From contig CAWDVE010000010.1 in assembly GCA_963805625.1 (NCBI GenBank), positions 1,984,001 to 2,048,000 on the forward strand: DNA of 64,000 bases. The letters run 5' to 3'. Position 1 is the stretch's first letter, and the number at the start of each line of letters is the position of its first letter. Both the position numbers and the translations under genes were made by a program. This DNA comes from an uncultured Candidatus Rokubacteria bacterium (lineage in GTDB: Bacteria; Methylomirabilota; Methylomirabilia; Rokubacteriales; DASRDR01). Below are positions 27,983-37,534 of this stretch, one piece after another. Below the pieces are notes generated by a model. The model was not told the origin of the DNA. It worked only from the letters and a program-made list of their open reading frames with translations, and did not search any database.

Positions 27983-29920
27983 ATGACAAGATCTCACCCT
28001 GCGCTCCTTGCGCTCACTCTCGCAGCTTTCAGTGCCTTGACCAGCACAATGGCGTACGAACGAGAGACGCATCGCGCATTGTCTGCCGAGGCGCTCACCG
28101 AAGCAAAGCTATCCGCCGCCCTCGCCCGTCTGGGTATCGGCCCCAATGATACGTTCAAGGCGAAGGCGTTCAGCATGGCCAAGGGCCCGCACACCGCAGC
28201 CGACTGGATCACGGAGGGCGGTGCGGACGAGGACGCGCCGCCTTGGCGAGTCGTCAATCACTTCTATGACCCCATCAACCAGACCGGCATGGTCTTCGGT
28301 GTGCCCTCGCTGGAATGGGCCTTCGAACTGAGAGGCGACGAGCCAAGTCAGAGCCACTCCTACCCGGACGCGCGACGAGCGCTCTATCGCGGGCTGACGG
28401 CGGCGGATCCGAGCGAGCGGAACCGCGAACTGGGCCACGCCTTCTACGCACTCGGTCACGTGATCCACCTCATTCAGGACCTGGCTCAGCCTCAGCACAC
28501 GCGCAACGATGCCCACCTGCCGCTCGGCTGGGACCAGAGTCTGCACGAGACGTATGTCGAGGCGATCATCGCCCAACTGCCGCTTCACGGCGGAGCGCTG
28601 CCACGGCTCCCATCTCAGGTTCCAACCGCCATGGGGCTATGGACGGGTCCCCTCGGATTCTCGGAGTTCAGCAACAGCAACTTTGTATCGGAGGACACGA
28701 ACTTCACCGATCTGGCCCAGGGCGCCACCGGCGGCGGCTACCCCAAGCCAATCCTCGACCTCGCATTCACGAGCAGCCTCCCGCCAGGCGTCTCCTGCCG
28801 GAACGGTGTCGGTGTACCCACCCCCATGACATTCCACGGAAACCGATTCATCGATCCGGTCACCAGCGGTCTCGTCGAGAACCCGCGAATGACCACGTAC
28901 TCCATCTTCGACCAGCACCTCATCAAGAACGGAAGCCAGCCGCTCTTCGCCTTGAACTGCCTCAACATCGAGGCCGCCGCGGACATCCTGCTGCCCCGCG
29001 CGGTTGCGTACTCCGCGGCGCTCCTCCAGTACTTCTTCCGCGGCCAGCTCGAGGCGCGGGTCGAGCTCGACTACTCGATCACGCCCCCCGTCCACCGGCT
29101 CCGGGTGACGAACCGCACCGGCGGCGAGGCCATGACGGGTGACTTCACCCTGCACTACGACGCCACCGACGGCACCCGGAAGATCCTCCAGCAGTGGGGC
29201 CCCCTCACGCTCGCCCCCGACCAGACGAGCGATCCGCTCCCGCTGCCAACGCCGGCCGATCAGGCCGATCCCGGTCGCTACCTCGTCGTGTTCCGCGGCC
29301 AGCTCGGCGACGAGCCCGATGCCGTGGTCGGCCACTGGCTGGGCGCCGGCGTCTATCGCGTGAGCCTCTGGTACGACACGTTCTATCCGCTCGAGGACGG
29401 AGCCGTCGACTTCGTGCCCGCGCCCCTGCCCACCGTGTGGGACCACACGGTCTACGTGTCCGCCCGTGCCTCTCAGACGCGATGGGCCTTCTATGAGGGG
29501 GCGAGCGGCGAGTCCCGCGCCGAAGACGTGGTCTACGTCTACCGACCGCTCGAGGCCCTTCCGGGAAATGCGGCCGCCCTGCGGTTCCGTGGCCACTGCT
29601 ATTGGACGGAACCCGTCATGGCGGAGCTCGTCGAGCTCGAGCCGCCGCCCGATCTCGGCACCCTGCAAGCCTACACGTGGTCCACACGGCCCGTGGTCCA
29701 ACGCGTGCTCCACCCCTTCAACGTCCTCGCCGGGACCTGGGCCGACGCGGCCACGGCCACGGTCGATCTCGACGGTGCGAAGTTCCTCGGGCTCCGCCTG
29801 CTCGGCGCGCCGGCGGCCCCCGCGCCCTCGCCGCCGGGCCCGTTCCCCCCGTTGAGCACGAGTTATGCCGAGTGCGTCGCCGAGATGCAGGTGCGCATCC
29901 CGCCGCCCCCGGAGCCTTGA
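27983..29920 (+). CDS. Secreted protein with phospholipase C/P1-nuclease-like zinc domain
   Basis: Signal peptide, then YERETH, GADED, NHFYDP, LGHVIHLIQD, PQHTRND, HETY. Confidence 0.75.
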   Translation: MTRSHPALLALTLAAFSALTSTMAYERETHRALSAEALTEAKLSAALARLGIGPNDTFKAKAFSMAKGPHTAADWITEGGADEDAPPWRVVNHFYDPINQTGMVFGVPSLEWAFELRGDEPSQSHSYPDARRALYRGLTAADPSERNRELGHAFYALGHVIHLIQDLAQPQHTRNDAHLPLGWDQSLHETYVEAIIAQLPLHGGALPRLPSQVPTAMGLWTGPLGFSEFSNSNFVSEDTNFTDLAQGATGGGYPKPILDLAFTSSLPPGVSCRNGVGVPTPMTFHGNRFIDPVTSGLVENPRMTTYSIFDQHLIKNGSQPLFALNCLNIEAAADILLPRAVAYSAALLQYFFRGQLEARVELDYSITPPVHRLRVTNRTGGEAMTGDFTLHYDATDGTRKILQQWGPLTLAPDQTSDPLPLPTPADQADPGRYLVVFRGQLGDEPDAVVGHWLGAGVYRVSLWYDTFYPLEDGAVDFVPAPLPTVWDHTVYVSARASQTRWAFYEGASGESRAEDVVYVYRPLEALPGNAAALRFRGHCYWTEPVMAELVELEPPPDLGTLQAYTWSTRPVVQRVLHPFNVLAGTWADAATATVDLDGAKFLGLRLLGAPAAPAPSPPGPFPPLSTSYAECVAEMQVRIPPPPEP

Positions 29921-30424
29921 CGCTGGGGACGCGACGCCGAGGAAGAACGTGACCGCGGCCGCCGCGGCGACCACGCCGCCGATCGTGCTCCCGAAGGAGC
30001 AGCGGGCGATGGCCTGGGCCGGGGGGCGCCGCCCAGCTAGCCCGGATCATGCCCGGACGCCGCAATGAGCGCGGCCCGAGTACTGCCCGCGCTAAGTGCG
30101 CAAATGGGGCGGAGCGCCTTCAGCCCGATCGCGTTCACTACAAGGGCATCGGTCTTGGCGAGAAGGCCGGTGGCTCGCGCAAAGTCACGGATCTGCGGGG
30201 ATTGACGACCAGGCGGGGAGGCCGGCGCTGGCCAGGGTGGCGCCCGTGGTCTCCAGGACGACGAGCGCAGGAGTCAGAGTTCGCAGGTGGAAGGGCTGGG
30301 GCATGTCTCCGGCTCGGACGGAAAGCGGTGGCCCGCCTTCCACCCGGCCTCCCCGCTCCAGCCGGACCCACGAGAACGCGGTGGCATGGCTCCGCAGGGC
30401 CAGCGGGTAGCCGGACCCAGGCGG

Positions 30425-30796
30425 CTACATCGGCGTCGTCGAAGAGCCGGCGCCCGAATAGTGCACGGCGAGCCACACCGTCGGCTCGCGCGAATCGGTC
30501 CATTCCACCCGGTGCCGTCGGTGCGCCGGGATCACGAGATGATCCCCGGCGTGCATCACGTGCGCCTCCGCCTCTCCCTCGAACCGCACGCCCGCGCTGC
30601 CGCGGAGCACGACCACCCACTCGTCACGATCCTGGTCGTGCCACGCTCCGGGCGGTGTCGCGTGTCCGGTCGAGATGATCCGCTCCAGCCTCAGGGCTGC
30701 TCCGTCCACGAGCACATCGATGCGCTCGGCGGCGAGCCGACCCGCGACATCGTCGAAGAGGTTGCGGATCAGAGGCCCCTGCTCGTGGCCGGACAT
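30425..30796 (-). CDS. Cupin domain protein
   Basis: ERIISTGHATP, DQDRDEWVVVLRG, IPAHRRHRVEWT. Confidence 0.85.
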   Translation of the reverse strand: MSGHEQGPLIRNLFDDVAGRLAAERIDVLVDGAALRLERIISTGHATPPGAWHDQDRDEWVVVLRGSAGVRFEGEAEAHVMHAGDHLVIPAHRRHRVEWTDSREPTVWLAVHYSGAGSSTTPM

Positions 30797-30825
30797 GCCG
30801 GCGTCGTAGCCACTGTCCAGCCGTC

Positions 30826-32805
30826 TCAGGAAGCGTTGAGCTTCCGCGCCAGCTCGACGAAGAACCCGAGGGACTCGGGGTTCGCCATCGCGTCGGCGCT
30901 CACGACTTTCTCGATGGGATGGCCGAGCAGCAGCTTGCGGACCGGCAGCTCCAGCCGCTTGCCGGAAAGCGTGCGCGGAATATCGCTCACGGCGAAGACG
31001 TCGTTGGGGACGTAGCGTGTCGATAGGTGCTCCCGAACGCTCGACTTGATCCGGGCCACCAGCGCGTCGTCGAGCGTCACGCCGGGTCGCAGCACGACGA
31101 AGAGCGGCATGTAGGACTCACGTCCGAGGTACTCGAGATCGACGACGAGGCTGTCGAGCACCTCGGGGACGTGCTCGACGGCGCGGTAGATGTCGCTCGT
31201 GCCCATCCGGATGCCGAAGCGGTTGATGGTCGTGTCCGAGCGGCCGAAGATCACTGAGCGGCCGTCGGGCGTGACGCGGATCCAGTCCCCGTGGCGCCAC
31301 GTGCCCGGGAACATCTCGAAGTAGCTGTCCCGGTAGCGGGCGCCGCCCGGATCGTTCCAGAAGTAGAGCGGCATGGACGGGAATGGCTCGGTGATGACTA
31401 GCTCACCGACCTGGTCGGTGACCGGCTCACCGTCGTCGCTGAACGCCTGCACGGACAAGCCGAGCATGCGGCACTGGATCTCGCCGGCCGTCACCGGCAG
31501 CAGCGGACAGCCGCCGACGAACCCCGTGGCGGGATCCGTGCCGCCGCTGACCGAGGCGACCCAGACGTCGCTCTTGACCGCCTCGTAGAGCCACGCGAAG
31601 TTCTCCACGGTGAGTGGCGACCCGGTGGAGCCGATCTGCTCGAGCGCGGAGAAGTCGAGCGTCTTGCCCGGTTCGAGGCCCGCCTTCATGCCCGAGTTGA
31701 AGAAGGCGGCGCCGGCCCCGAAGCATCGCGTGCGCGTCTCGGCGACCGCGCGCCACAGGGTGGTCGCCTCGGGGTAGGCAGGGCTTCCGTCGAAGAGGAC
31801 GCACGTGGCGCCGACGAGCAGTCCACCCACGAGCAGGTTCCACACGATCCATCCCGTGGTCGTCATCCAGCAGAACCGGTCGCCCGGCCGAAGGTCCAGG
31901 TGAAGCGCCAGGAGCTTGAGATGCTCGATGACGATGCCGCCATGGCCGTGCACGATGGCCTTCGGCAAGCCGGTCGTGCCCGACGAGTAGACGATCCACA
32001 GCGGATGGTCGAAATCGACCTGGGCGAAATCGAGCGGGATCGTGCCGCCCAGCAGGCTGGCCCACGGGCGTCCGTTCCGGAGCGCGTCGGCGCGGGCATC
32101 GGGATCGAGGTGCGGCAGCAGGACGACGCGCTCGAGTGTCGGCATCGCCCGCACGAGCTCCTGGATCGCCGGCCGGCGGTCGAAATCCCGACCTCCGTAG
32201 CGGTAGCCGTCGACGGCGAACAGGACCTTCGGCTCGATCTGCTTGAACCGGTCGATCACGGCGCCCGACCCCATGTCCGGCGAGCAGCTCGACCAGATCG
32301 CACCGAGGCTCGCGCACGCGAGGAACGCCGTGATCGTCTCCGGGATGTTCGGCATGTAGGACACGACCCGGTCGCCCGGGGCGACGCCCATGGCGCGCAG
32401 GGCGGCGGCGACCGATGCGACGTCGTCCTGGAGCTCGGCCCACGCGATCTCCCGGCGGGCGCGGCCCTCCGACACCGCGATGAGCGCGGGGTGCTCGGCC
32501 GATGCGTACCGCAACGCGTGCTCGGCGTAGTTGAGCCTGGCGCCCTCGAACCAGCGGGCGCCCGGCATCGTGTGCGCGTCGAGCACCCTTACGTCCGGCG
32601 CCGCGGCCTGGATGGCGAAGTAGCTCCAGAGCGACGTCCAGAACGCTTCAATGTCCGTGACGGACCACCGCCAGAGGGCCTGGTAGGAGTCGAACGCGAG
32701 CCCCTCGTGCTCCATGAGCCAGCGCATGTAGTCGGCCATGCGGCTCGCGGCGCGACGCTCGGAGGACGGCTCCCACAATACGGTGCCCTCGGTCACTGCC
32801 GCCAT
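30826..32805 (-). CDS. Acetoacetate--CoA ligase
   Basis: WFEGARLNYAE, YSSGTTGLPKAIVHGHGG, SGGTD, WRHGDW, GRSDTTINR. Confidence 0.92.
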   Translation of the reverse strand: MAAVTEGTVLWEPSSERRAASRMADYMRWLMEHEGLAFDSYQALWRWSVTDIEAFWTSLWSYFAIQAAAPDVRVLDAHTMPGARWFEGARLNYAEHALRYASAEHPALIAVSEGRARREIAWAELQDDVASVAAALRAMGVAPGDRVVSYMPNIPETITAFLACASLGAIWSSCSPDMGSGAVIDRFKQIEPKVLFAVDGYRYGGRDFDRRPAIQELVRAMPTLERVVLLPHLDPDARADALRNGRPWASLLGGTIPLDFAQVDFDHPLWIVYSSGTTGLPKAIVHGHGGIVIEHLKLLALHLDLRPGDRFCWMTTTGWIVWNLLVGGLLVGATCVLFDGSPAYPEATTLWRAVAETRTRCFGAGAAFFNSGMKAGLEPGKTLDFSALEQIGSTGSPLTVENFAWLYEAVKSDVWVASVSGGTDPATGFVGGCPLLPVTAGEIQCRMLGLSVQAFSDDGEPVTDQVGELVITEPFPSMPLYFWNDPGGARYRDSYFEMFPGTWRHGDWIRVTPDGRSVIFGRSDTTINRFGIRMGTSDIYRAVEHVPEVLDSLVVDLEYLGRESYMPLFVVLRPGVTLDDALVARIKSSVREHLSTRYVPNDVFAVSDIPRTLSGKRLELPVRKLLLGHPIEKVVSADAMANPESLGFFVELARKLNAS

Positions 32806-33131
32806 GGAGTGACATGTAGCATAAGATGGCCCCCCTTGGGGGAACCGGCGAAGCCCGAGCGCCCATCGCAATGGCAACGAAGTGACAACGAGCCCAAACG
32901 CTCACTGAGCGCGGCCCGAGTACCGTCCCACCCTGACGTGGCGCAGCTTCCTCGGTTAGCCGGTCCCTCACCGACGCCCTTGTCCCGGATGCATTGGCCA
33001 TGACCAATCTCCACGAGGTGAACCAGACCTCTCGATCCGCCTCGGCGGATCGGGGCCAGCCACGTTTTCCCTGTGCAATAGCCTGAGGACGCCCGAGTCT
33101 GGGCTGCGACGGGTGCCGCCCGGTGCCGTCC

Positions 33132-33161
33132 TTGACACCGCCCGCGCCGACCGCGCACCAT
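33132..33161 (+). promoter_or_regulatory. Possible sigma70 promoter upstream of the nitrile hydratase leader
   Basis: TTGACA-18 nt-CACCAT; an alternative TACAAT lies at about 33322. Confidence 0.35.
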
Positions 33162-33379
33162 CGAGGTCGAACGGGTCATGGCTGACTTCGTCCGCCAGCC
33201 CTCTCTGGGGGGAACGGAGGAAACGGCCGAGACGGGGCTGTCTGTCGACTACCCCCTCGACGAAGTCCTCAGCTCCCGGCCCTGAGCTCCCCGGGCGTCG
33301 CGATCGGCCTGGCGCACGGGCTACAATCCCGAGCGACTGACTCGGACGACTGGCCGGATCGACGGGAGCGAGCGAGGAC

Positions 33380-34051
33380 ATGGACGGGATCCACGACCTG
33401 GGAGGCATGCACGGGTTCGGCCCGATCGACGCCGACCCCGCCGAGCGGGGATTCCACGCCTGGTGGGAGCCGCACGTGGTGGCGTGCGTCGACGCCGGGA
33501 TCGCCTGGCCCCTCTTCAGCATCGACGAGTATCGCCACAGCCGTGAGCGCCTGCCGCCCGTCCACTACCTCGAGGCCAGCTACTTCGAGCAGTGGCTCGA
33601 CTCGGCGTGTCAGCTCCTGGTCGAGAAAGGCATCGTGAGCCGCGAGGAGCTAGAGGCCCGGGTCCAGCTCTTCGCGGCCCGCCCGGAGAGCGAGGCGACC
33701 GTGGCGATCACGCCCCGGGAGCCGCCTCCCCGGGACGGGGTCGCCCCGGCCACCTTCCGCCGTCCGATGGCCGCCCGGCCGCGGTTCAGCGAGGGCGACC
33801 GCGTGGTCACCCGGAACCTGCACCGGGCCGGCCACACGCGGCTTCCCCGCTACGCGCGGGGCAAGCGAGGAGTGATCGCCTCCCGACGCGGCGGGTGGGT
33901 CTTTGCCGACACCAACGCCCACGGGCTCGGCGAGGATCCCCAGCACCTCTACAGTGTCCGCTTCGAGGCCGACGAGCTGTGGGGCGAGTCGGCCGAGGCG
34001 CGGGCGGCCGTCTACCTCGACCTGTGGGAGAGCTATCTCGAGCCCGCGTGA
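33380..34051 (+). CDS. nthB: Nitrile hydratase beta subunit
   Basis: MDGIHDLGGMHGFG, RHSRERL, YLEASYFEQW, HTRLPRYARGKRG, DLWESYLEPA. Confidence 0.93.
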   Translation: MDGIHDLGGMHGFGPIDADPAERGFHAWWEPHVVACVDAGIAWPLFSIDEYRHSRERLPPVHYLEASYFEQWLDSACQLLVEKGIVSREELEARVQLFAARPESEATVAITPREPPPRDGVAPATFRRPMAARPRFSEGDRVVTRNLHRAGHTRLPRYARGKRGVIASRRGGWVFADTNAHGLGEDPQHLYSVRFEADELWGESAEARAAVYLDLWESYLEPA

Positions 34052-34671
34052 GCGGGCGGGCGGAGAGTGCCGTGGGCAAGAATCACGCGAAGGTCGACCC
34101 CTACGTGGTGTCCCGTGTCCGTGCCCTGGAGTCCCTGCTCCTCGAGCGGGGCGTGCTCGCCCCCAATGCCGTGGACAAGGTCGTCCGCCGCTACGGCGAG
34201 GCCACGGGACCGTTGCTCGGCGCCAGGGCGGTGGCCCGGGCCTGGGTCGATCCCGCGTACCACCGGCTCCTCCTCGAGGACTCCCGTGCGGCGTTGGCTG
34301 CCCTCGGCCTGAACTACGACCGGCTGATCGTGGTCGAGAACACGCCAGCCGTGCACAACCTGGTCGTGTGCACGCTCTGCTCCTGCTACCCGTGGGAAGT
34401 TCTCGGGCTTCCCCCGACCTGGTACAAGCTCCCGGCCTACCGCTCGCGCGCCGTCTCCGAGCCCAGACAGGTCCTCCGGGAGTTCGGACTCGACATCCCG
34501 CCGACCCGGGACGTTCGCGTGTGGGACTCCAGCGCCGAGGTGCGGTACATGGTCCTGCCCCAGCGCCCGGCGGGCGCGGAGGGTCTCGGCGAGGAGGCGC
34601 TCGTCCGGGTGATCCCCCGAGATGCGCTGATCGGGGTGGCCGAGGTGACGCTCACGCCGGCCCCGGCTTGA
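34048..34671 (+). CDS. nthA: Cobalt-type nitrile hydratase alpha subunit
   Basis: VARAWVDP, VCTLCSCYPW (Thr/Tyr signature of the Co type), WDSSAEVRYMVLP; start 34048 or 34072. Confidence 0.93.
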   Translation: MSGRAESAVGKNHAKVDPYVVSRVRALESLLLERGVLAPNAVDKVVRRYGEATGPLLGARAVARAWVDPAYHRLLLEDSRAALAALGLNYDRLIVVENTPAVHNLVVCTLCSCYPWEVLGLPPTWYKLPAYRSRAVSEPRQVLREFGLDIPPTRDVRVWDSSAEVRYMVLPQRPAGAEGLGEEALVRVIPRDALIGVAEVTLTPAPA

Positions 34672-35525
34672 TCCGGCCGCCCGTGTACGAGCGGCAGCGC
34701 AACATCGTCGTCCGTCCCGACGGGAAGCGCGTCAACGTGGCGCGCTTCCGCGGCCAGCTCTTCGTGTGCGCGAGCGGCTGTTGCTGCGGCCGCACGGAGG
34801 ACGGCTTCGCTCCCGTCCCCGCGGAGACCCTCCACCGGGAATGGGAGCGCCGCCGACTCCGGAACGTGGTCCATCTCACCATGGGCGGCTGCCTCGGGCC
34901 CTGTGCGCTGGCCAACGTCGCGCTCCTCCTCTTCGACGGGGAGGCCCAGTGGTTCCACACCATCGACTCCGACGCCTTGGCGGTGGCGCTGTACGACCAC
35001 GTCGAGCGGATGCTGGACGCCGACACCGTTCTCCCGCCCTCCGCCGCCCTGGCCGCCCACCACTTCACCGCCTCGTCATGGCAGCCGCGCCCCGACGGGC
35101 AGCCTGTCGACGATGCGCGCCTGTGGCGGGCCGCACGGGGGACCCACGGCTGCGCACCGTCGGCCTCCGGCCTCGCGGTCGGGACCAACCAGCTCACGGT
35201 GGAGCGCGTGGTGAGCGCGATGAGTGGGGAGGCGGCGCTCCCCCGGAAGAACGGCGAGCTGGTCTTCGAGGAGCCCTGGCAGGGCCGGGTGTTCGGGATG
35301 GCGGTGGCACTCCATGAAGGAGGGCTGTACGAGTGGGAGGAGTTCCGCCAGACGCTGATCGCCCGCATCTCCGCCGCCGAGGCGCGGGGCGGGCCGTTCG
35401 CCTACTACGAGGTCTGGCTGGAGACCTTCGAAGCGCTCCTGGGCCGCAAGGGGCTCATCACCCGTGAAGAGCTGGACGAAACCACTTACCAGTTCGAGTT
35501 CGGCGAGCGGGACGAGGTGTTCTGA
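34668..35525 (+). CDS. Fusion of a thioredoxin-like (2Fe-2S) ferredoxin domain and a nitrile hydratase accessory protein
   Basis: VCASGCCCG...GCLGPC at the N-terminus; PRKNGELVFEEPWQGRVFG...WEEFR...YYEVWLE at the C-terminus, one frame; start 34668 or 34683. Confidence 0.82.
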   Translation: MIRPPVYERQRNIVVRPDGKRVNVARFRGQLFVCASGCCCGRTEDGFAPVPAETLHREWERRRLRNVVHLTMGGCLGPCALANVALLLFDGEAQWFHTIDSDALAVALYDHVERMLDADTVLPPSAALAAHHFTASSWQPRPDGQPVDDARLWRAARGTHGCAPSASGLAVGTNQLTVERVVSAMSGEAALPRKNGELVFEEPWQGRVFGMAVALHEGGLYEWEEFRQTLIARISAAEARGGPFAYYEVWLETFEALLGRKGLITREELDETTYQFEFGERDEVF

Positions 35526-35798
35526 GCAATCGGGCCGACAGGGACCTGCCCACCCACCGTGTCGACCAGTCTCCGGTGGGGGATCGGGTCGGCGGCGATA
35601 ACCAGGCCGGCGGCGAAGCGCGGCGACGGCTGATTGTAGCGGAGCGGCGCGCCGTCGAGGTCGGTCGTGGCGCCCCCTTCGGGGGAACGGCCGAGAAGGA
35701 GCCTATGCCGACTACCCGCGCTCCGGTACCGCCTTCGCGCAAGAACCGAATCCCTTCATCGGCAACTGAAAGCTCGTAACACACGAGGGAGGACAATC

Positions 35799-36872
35799 AT
35801 GAACCTATCGCTGGTAGTGGCGCGGGCGGCGGCGAGTTTCGCACTGCTCCTGGTCGCGATTGCGGCGGCGGCGCAGCAGAACTGGCCGGCGCCCAAAGAG
35901 GCCGACTGGATCGCCAAGGACTTCACGTTCCACAGCGGCGAGACGATGGATCTGCGCGTGCACTACACGACGGTCGGCGATCCGTCCGGAATGCCGGTAC
36001 TGATGCTGCACGGCACCACCGGCTCCGGCATCGGCTTGCTGACGCCGGCCTTCGCGGGCCAGCTGTTCGGCCCCGGCCAGGCGCTCGATGCCACCAAGTA
36101 TTTCGTCATCCTCCCCGACGCGATCGGCCACGGCAAGTCGTCGAAGCCGTCGGACGGCCTGCGCGCCAAGTTCCCACAATACAATTACGACGACATGGTT
36201 GCGGCCCAGTATCGTCTCGTCACCGAAGGCCTCGGCATCCGTCATCTGCGCCTCGTCATGGGCAACTCGATGGGCGGCATGCACACCTGGATCTGGGGCG
36301 TCAGGCACCCCGAGTTCATGGACGCGCTGGTGCCGATGGCCTCGCAGCCGACCGCGATGTCGTCGCGCAACTGGATGCTGCGCCGCCTCATCACCGAGAC
36401 CATCCGCCGCGACCCGGACTGGAACAACGGCAACTACGCGACGCAACCGAAGGGTGCGCAGTTCGCCAGCGTGTTCTACGGCATCGCCACCGCCGGCGGC
36501 ACGCTCGCCTACCAGAAGCAGGCGCCGACGCGCGAGCTGGCCGACAAGGTCGTCGACGACCGCCTCAACGCGCCGTTCGCCGGTGACGCCAACGACGTGC
36601 TCTATCAATGGGCTTCGTCGGGGGACTACAATCCGGCCCCGGGGCTGGAGAAGATCCAGGCGCCGCTGCTTGCCATCAACGCCGCCGATGACGAGCGCAA
36701 CCCGCCGGAGACCGGCCTGATGGATAACGCGCTCAAGCGCGTGAAGGGCGGCAAGCTTTACCTGATTCCGGCCAGCGAGGACACGCGCGGCCACAGCACC
36801 ACCGGCTTCGCCAAGTTCTACGCCAAGCAGGTCAGCGACTTCATGCAGACCGCGCCGAAGGGCACCAGGTGA
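35799..36872 (+). CDS. Secreted homoserine-acetyltransferase-like alpha/beta hydrolase
   Basis: GGAGG SD, signal peptide, LHGTTGSG, GHGKSSKPSDG, GNSMGGM, TRGH. Confidence 0.88.
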   Translation: MNLSLVVARAAASFALLLVAIAAAAQQNWPAPKEADWIAKDFTFHSGETMDLRVHYTTVGDPSGMPVLMLHGTTGSGIGLLTPAFAGQLFGPGQALDATKYFVILPDAIGHGKSSKPSDGLRAKFPQYNYDDMVAAQYRLVTEGLGIRHLRLVMGNSMGGMHTWIWGVRHPEFMDALVPMASQPTAMSSRNWMLRRLITETIRRDPDWNNGNYATQPKGAQFASVFYGIATAGGTLAYQKQAPTRELADKVVDDRLNAPFAGDANDVLYQWASSGDYNPAPGLEKIQAPLLAINAADDERNPPETGLMDNALKRVKGGKLYLIPASEDTRGHSTTGFAKFYAKQVSDFMQTAPKGTR

Positions 36873-37003
36873 CTGATTCTTTCCGTCACCCCCCGACTTG
36901 ATTGGAGCCCAGACTCTCTGAAGAAGATGGACCCTGGACTCTCGCGCCCCAGTTTCTTCTCGGAAGACACCTCCGCAGGATCGGGGACGATCTGTCCAGA
37001 GGG

Positions 37004-37092
37004 CAGCGCGCGGAATGCACCTGACCGCGCGCTCAGGCTTTGGGAGTTCAGATTGTCACGGCCACCGCGGCAGGTGAGCTCGGTCGTTGGGT
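37004..37092 (+). mobile_element. Degenerate integron attC-like site
   Basis: CACCTG-A-CCGCG ... CGCGG-CAGGTG inverted repeat with one extra base, ending in GTTGGGT; left core poor. Confidence 0.5.
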
Positions 37093-37114
37093 CTCGTTCA
37101 GCACGTCGTGAGAA

Positions 37115-37391
37115 CGGGCCGTTCGGCACTTACACTGACCCCACTGCACACGTCGCAGGCAGAAAGGAGCTCGTCGATCACATCGGCGGGTTCTTTGAGC
37201 AGTTCCCGGGGGCCCACTTTGAGCTTATCAGTGGGATCGATACGCATCACGAGAAGCTTCGCTTCGCCTGGCGTATGGTGCTTGCGGATGGGAAGGTGTT
37301 TGTGGAGGGAATTGACTTCGGTGAGTTGTCCCCCGATGGCAAGCTGCATCGCATCGTCGGGTTCTTTGGGCCGCTTGCGCCAAGGCCATAG
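37115..37391 (+). pseudogene. 5'-truncated SnoaL-like protein
   Basis: YTDPTAHVAG...DTHHEKLRFAW...GIDFGE...RIVGFFG; no start codon; lower GC. Confidence 0.65.
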
Positions 37392-37534
37392 ACCGTGGCC
37401 GTAACTCGGCTTGACGCGATGCTCCCCGTAGTGGTCTTTTGACGGTGGATGAGGTTCCCCCGCGAGGCGGGCCGGCCATCCGGCGCGCCCCGGCGCCTGA
37501 CCGCCGCTCAGGCACGCGCTCCGTCTGCCGTGCG

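Noticed and set aside
33330-33370. Possible guanidine-II (mini-ykkC) riboswitch (GGACGAC, GACGG)
   Set aside because: Only one weak ACGA hairpin; the second stem does not pair
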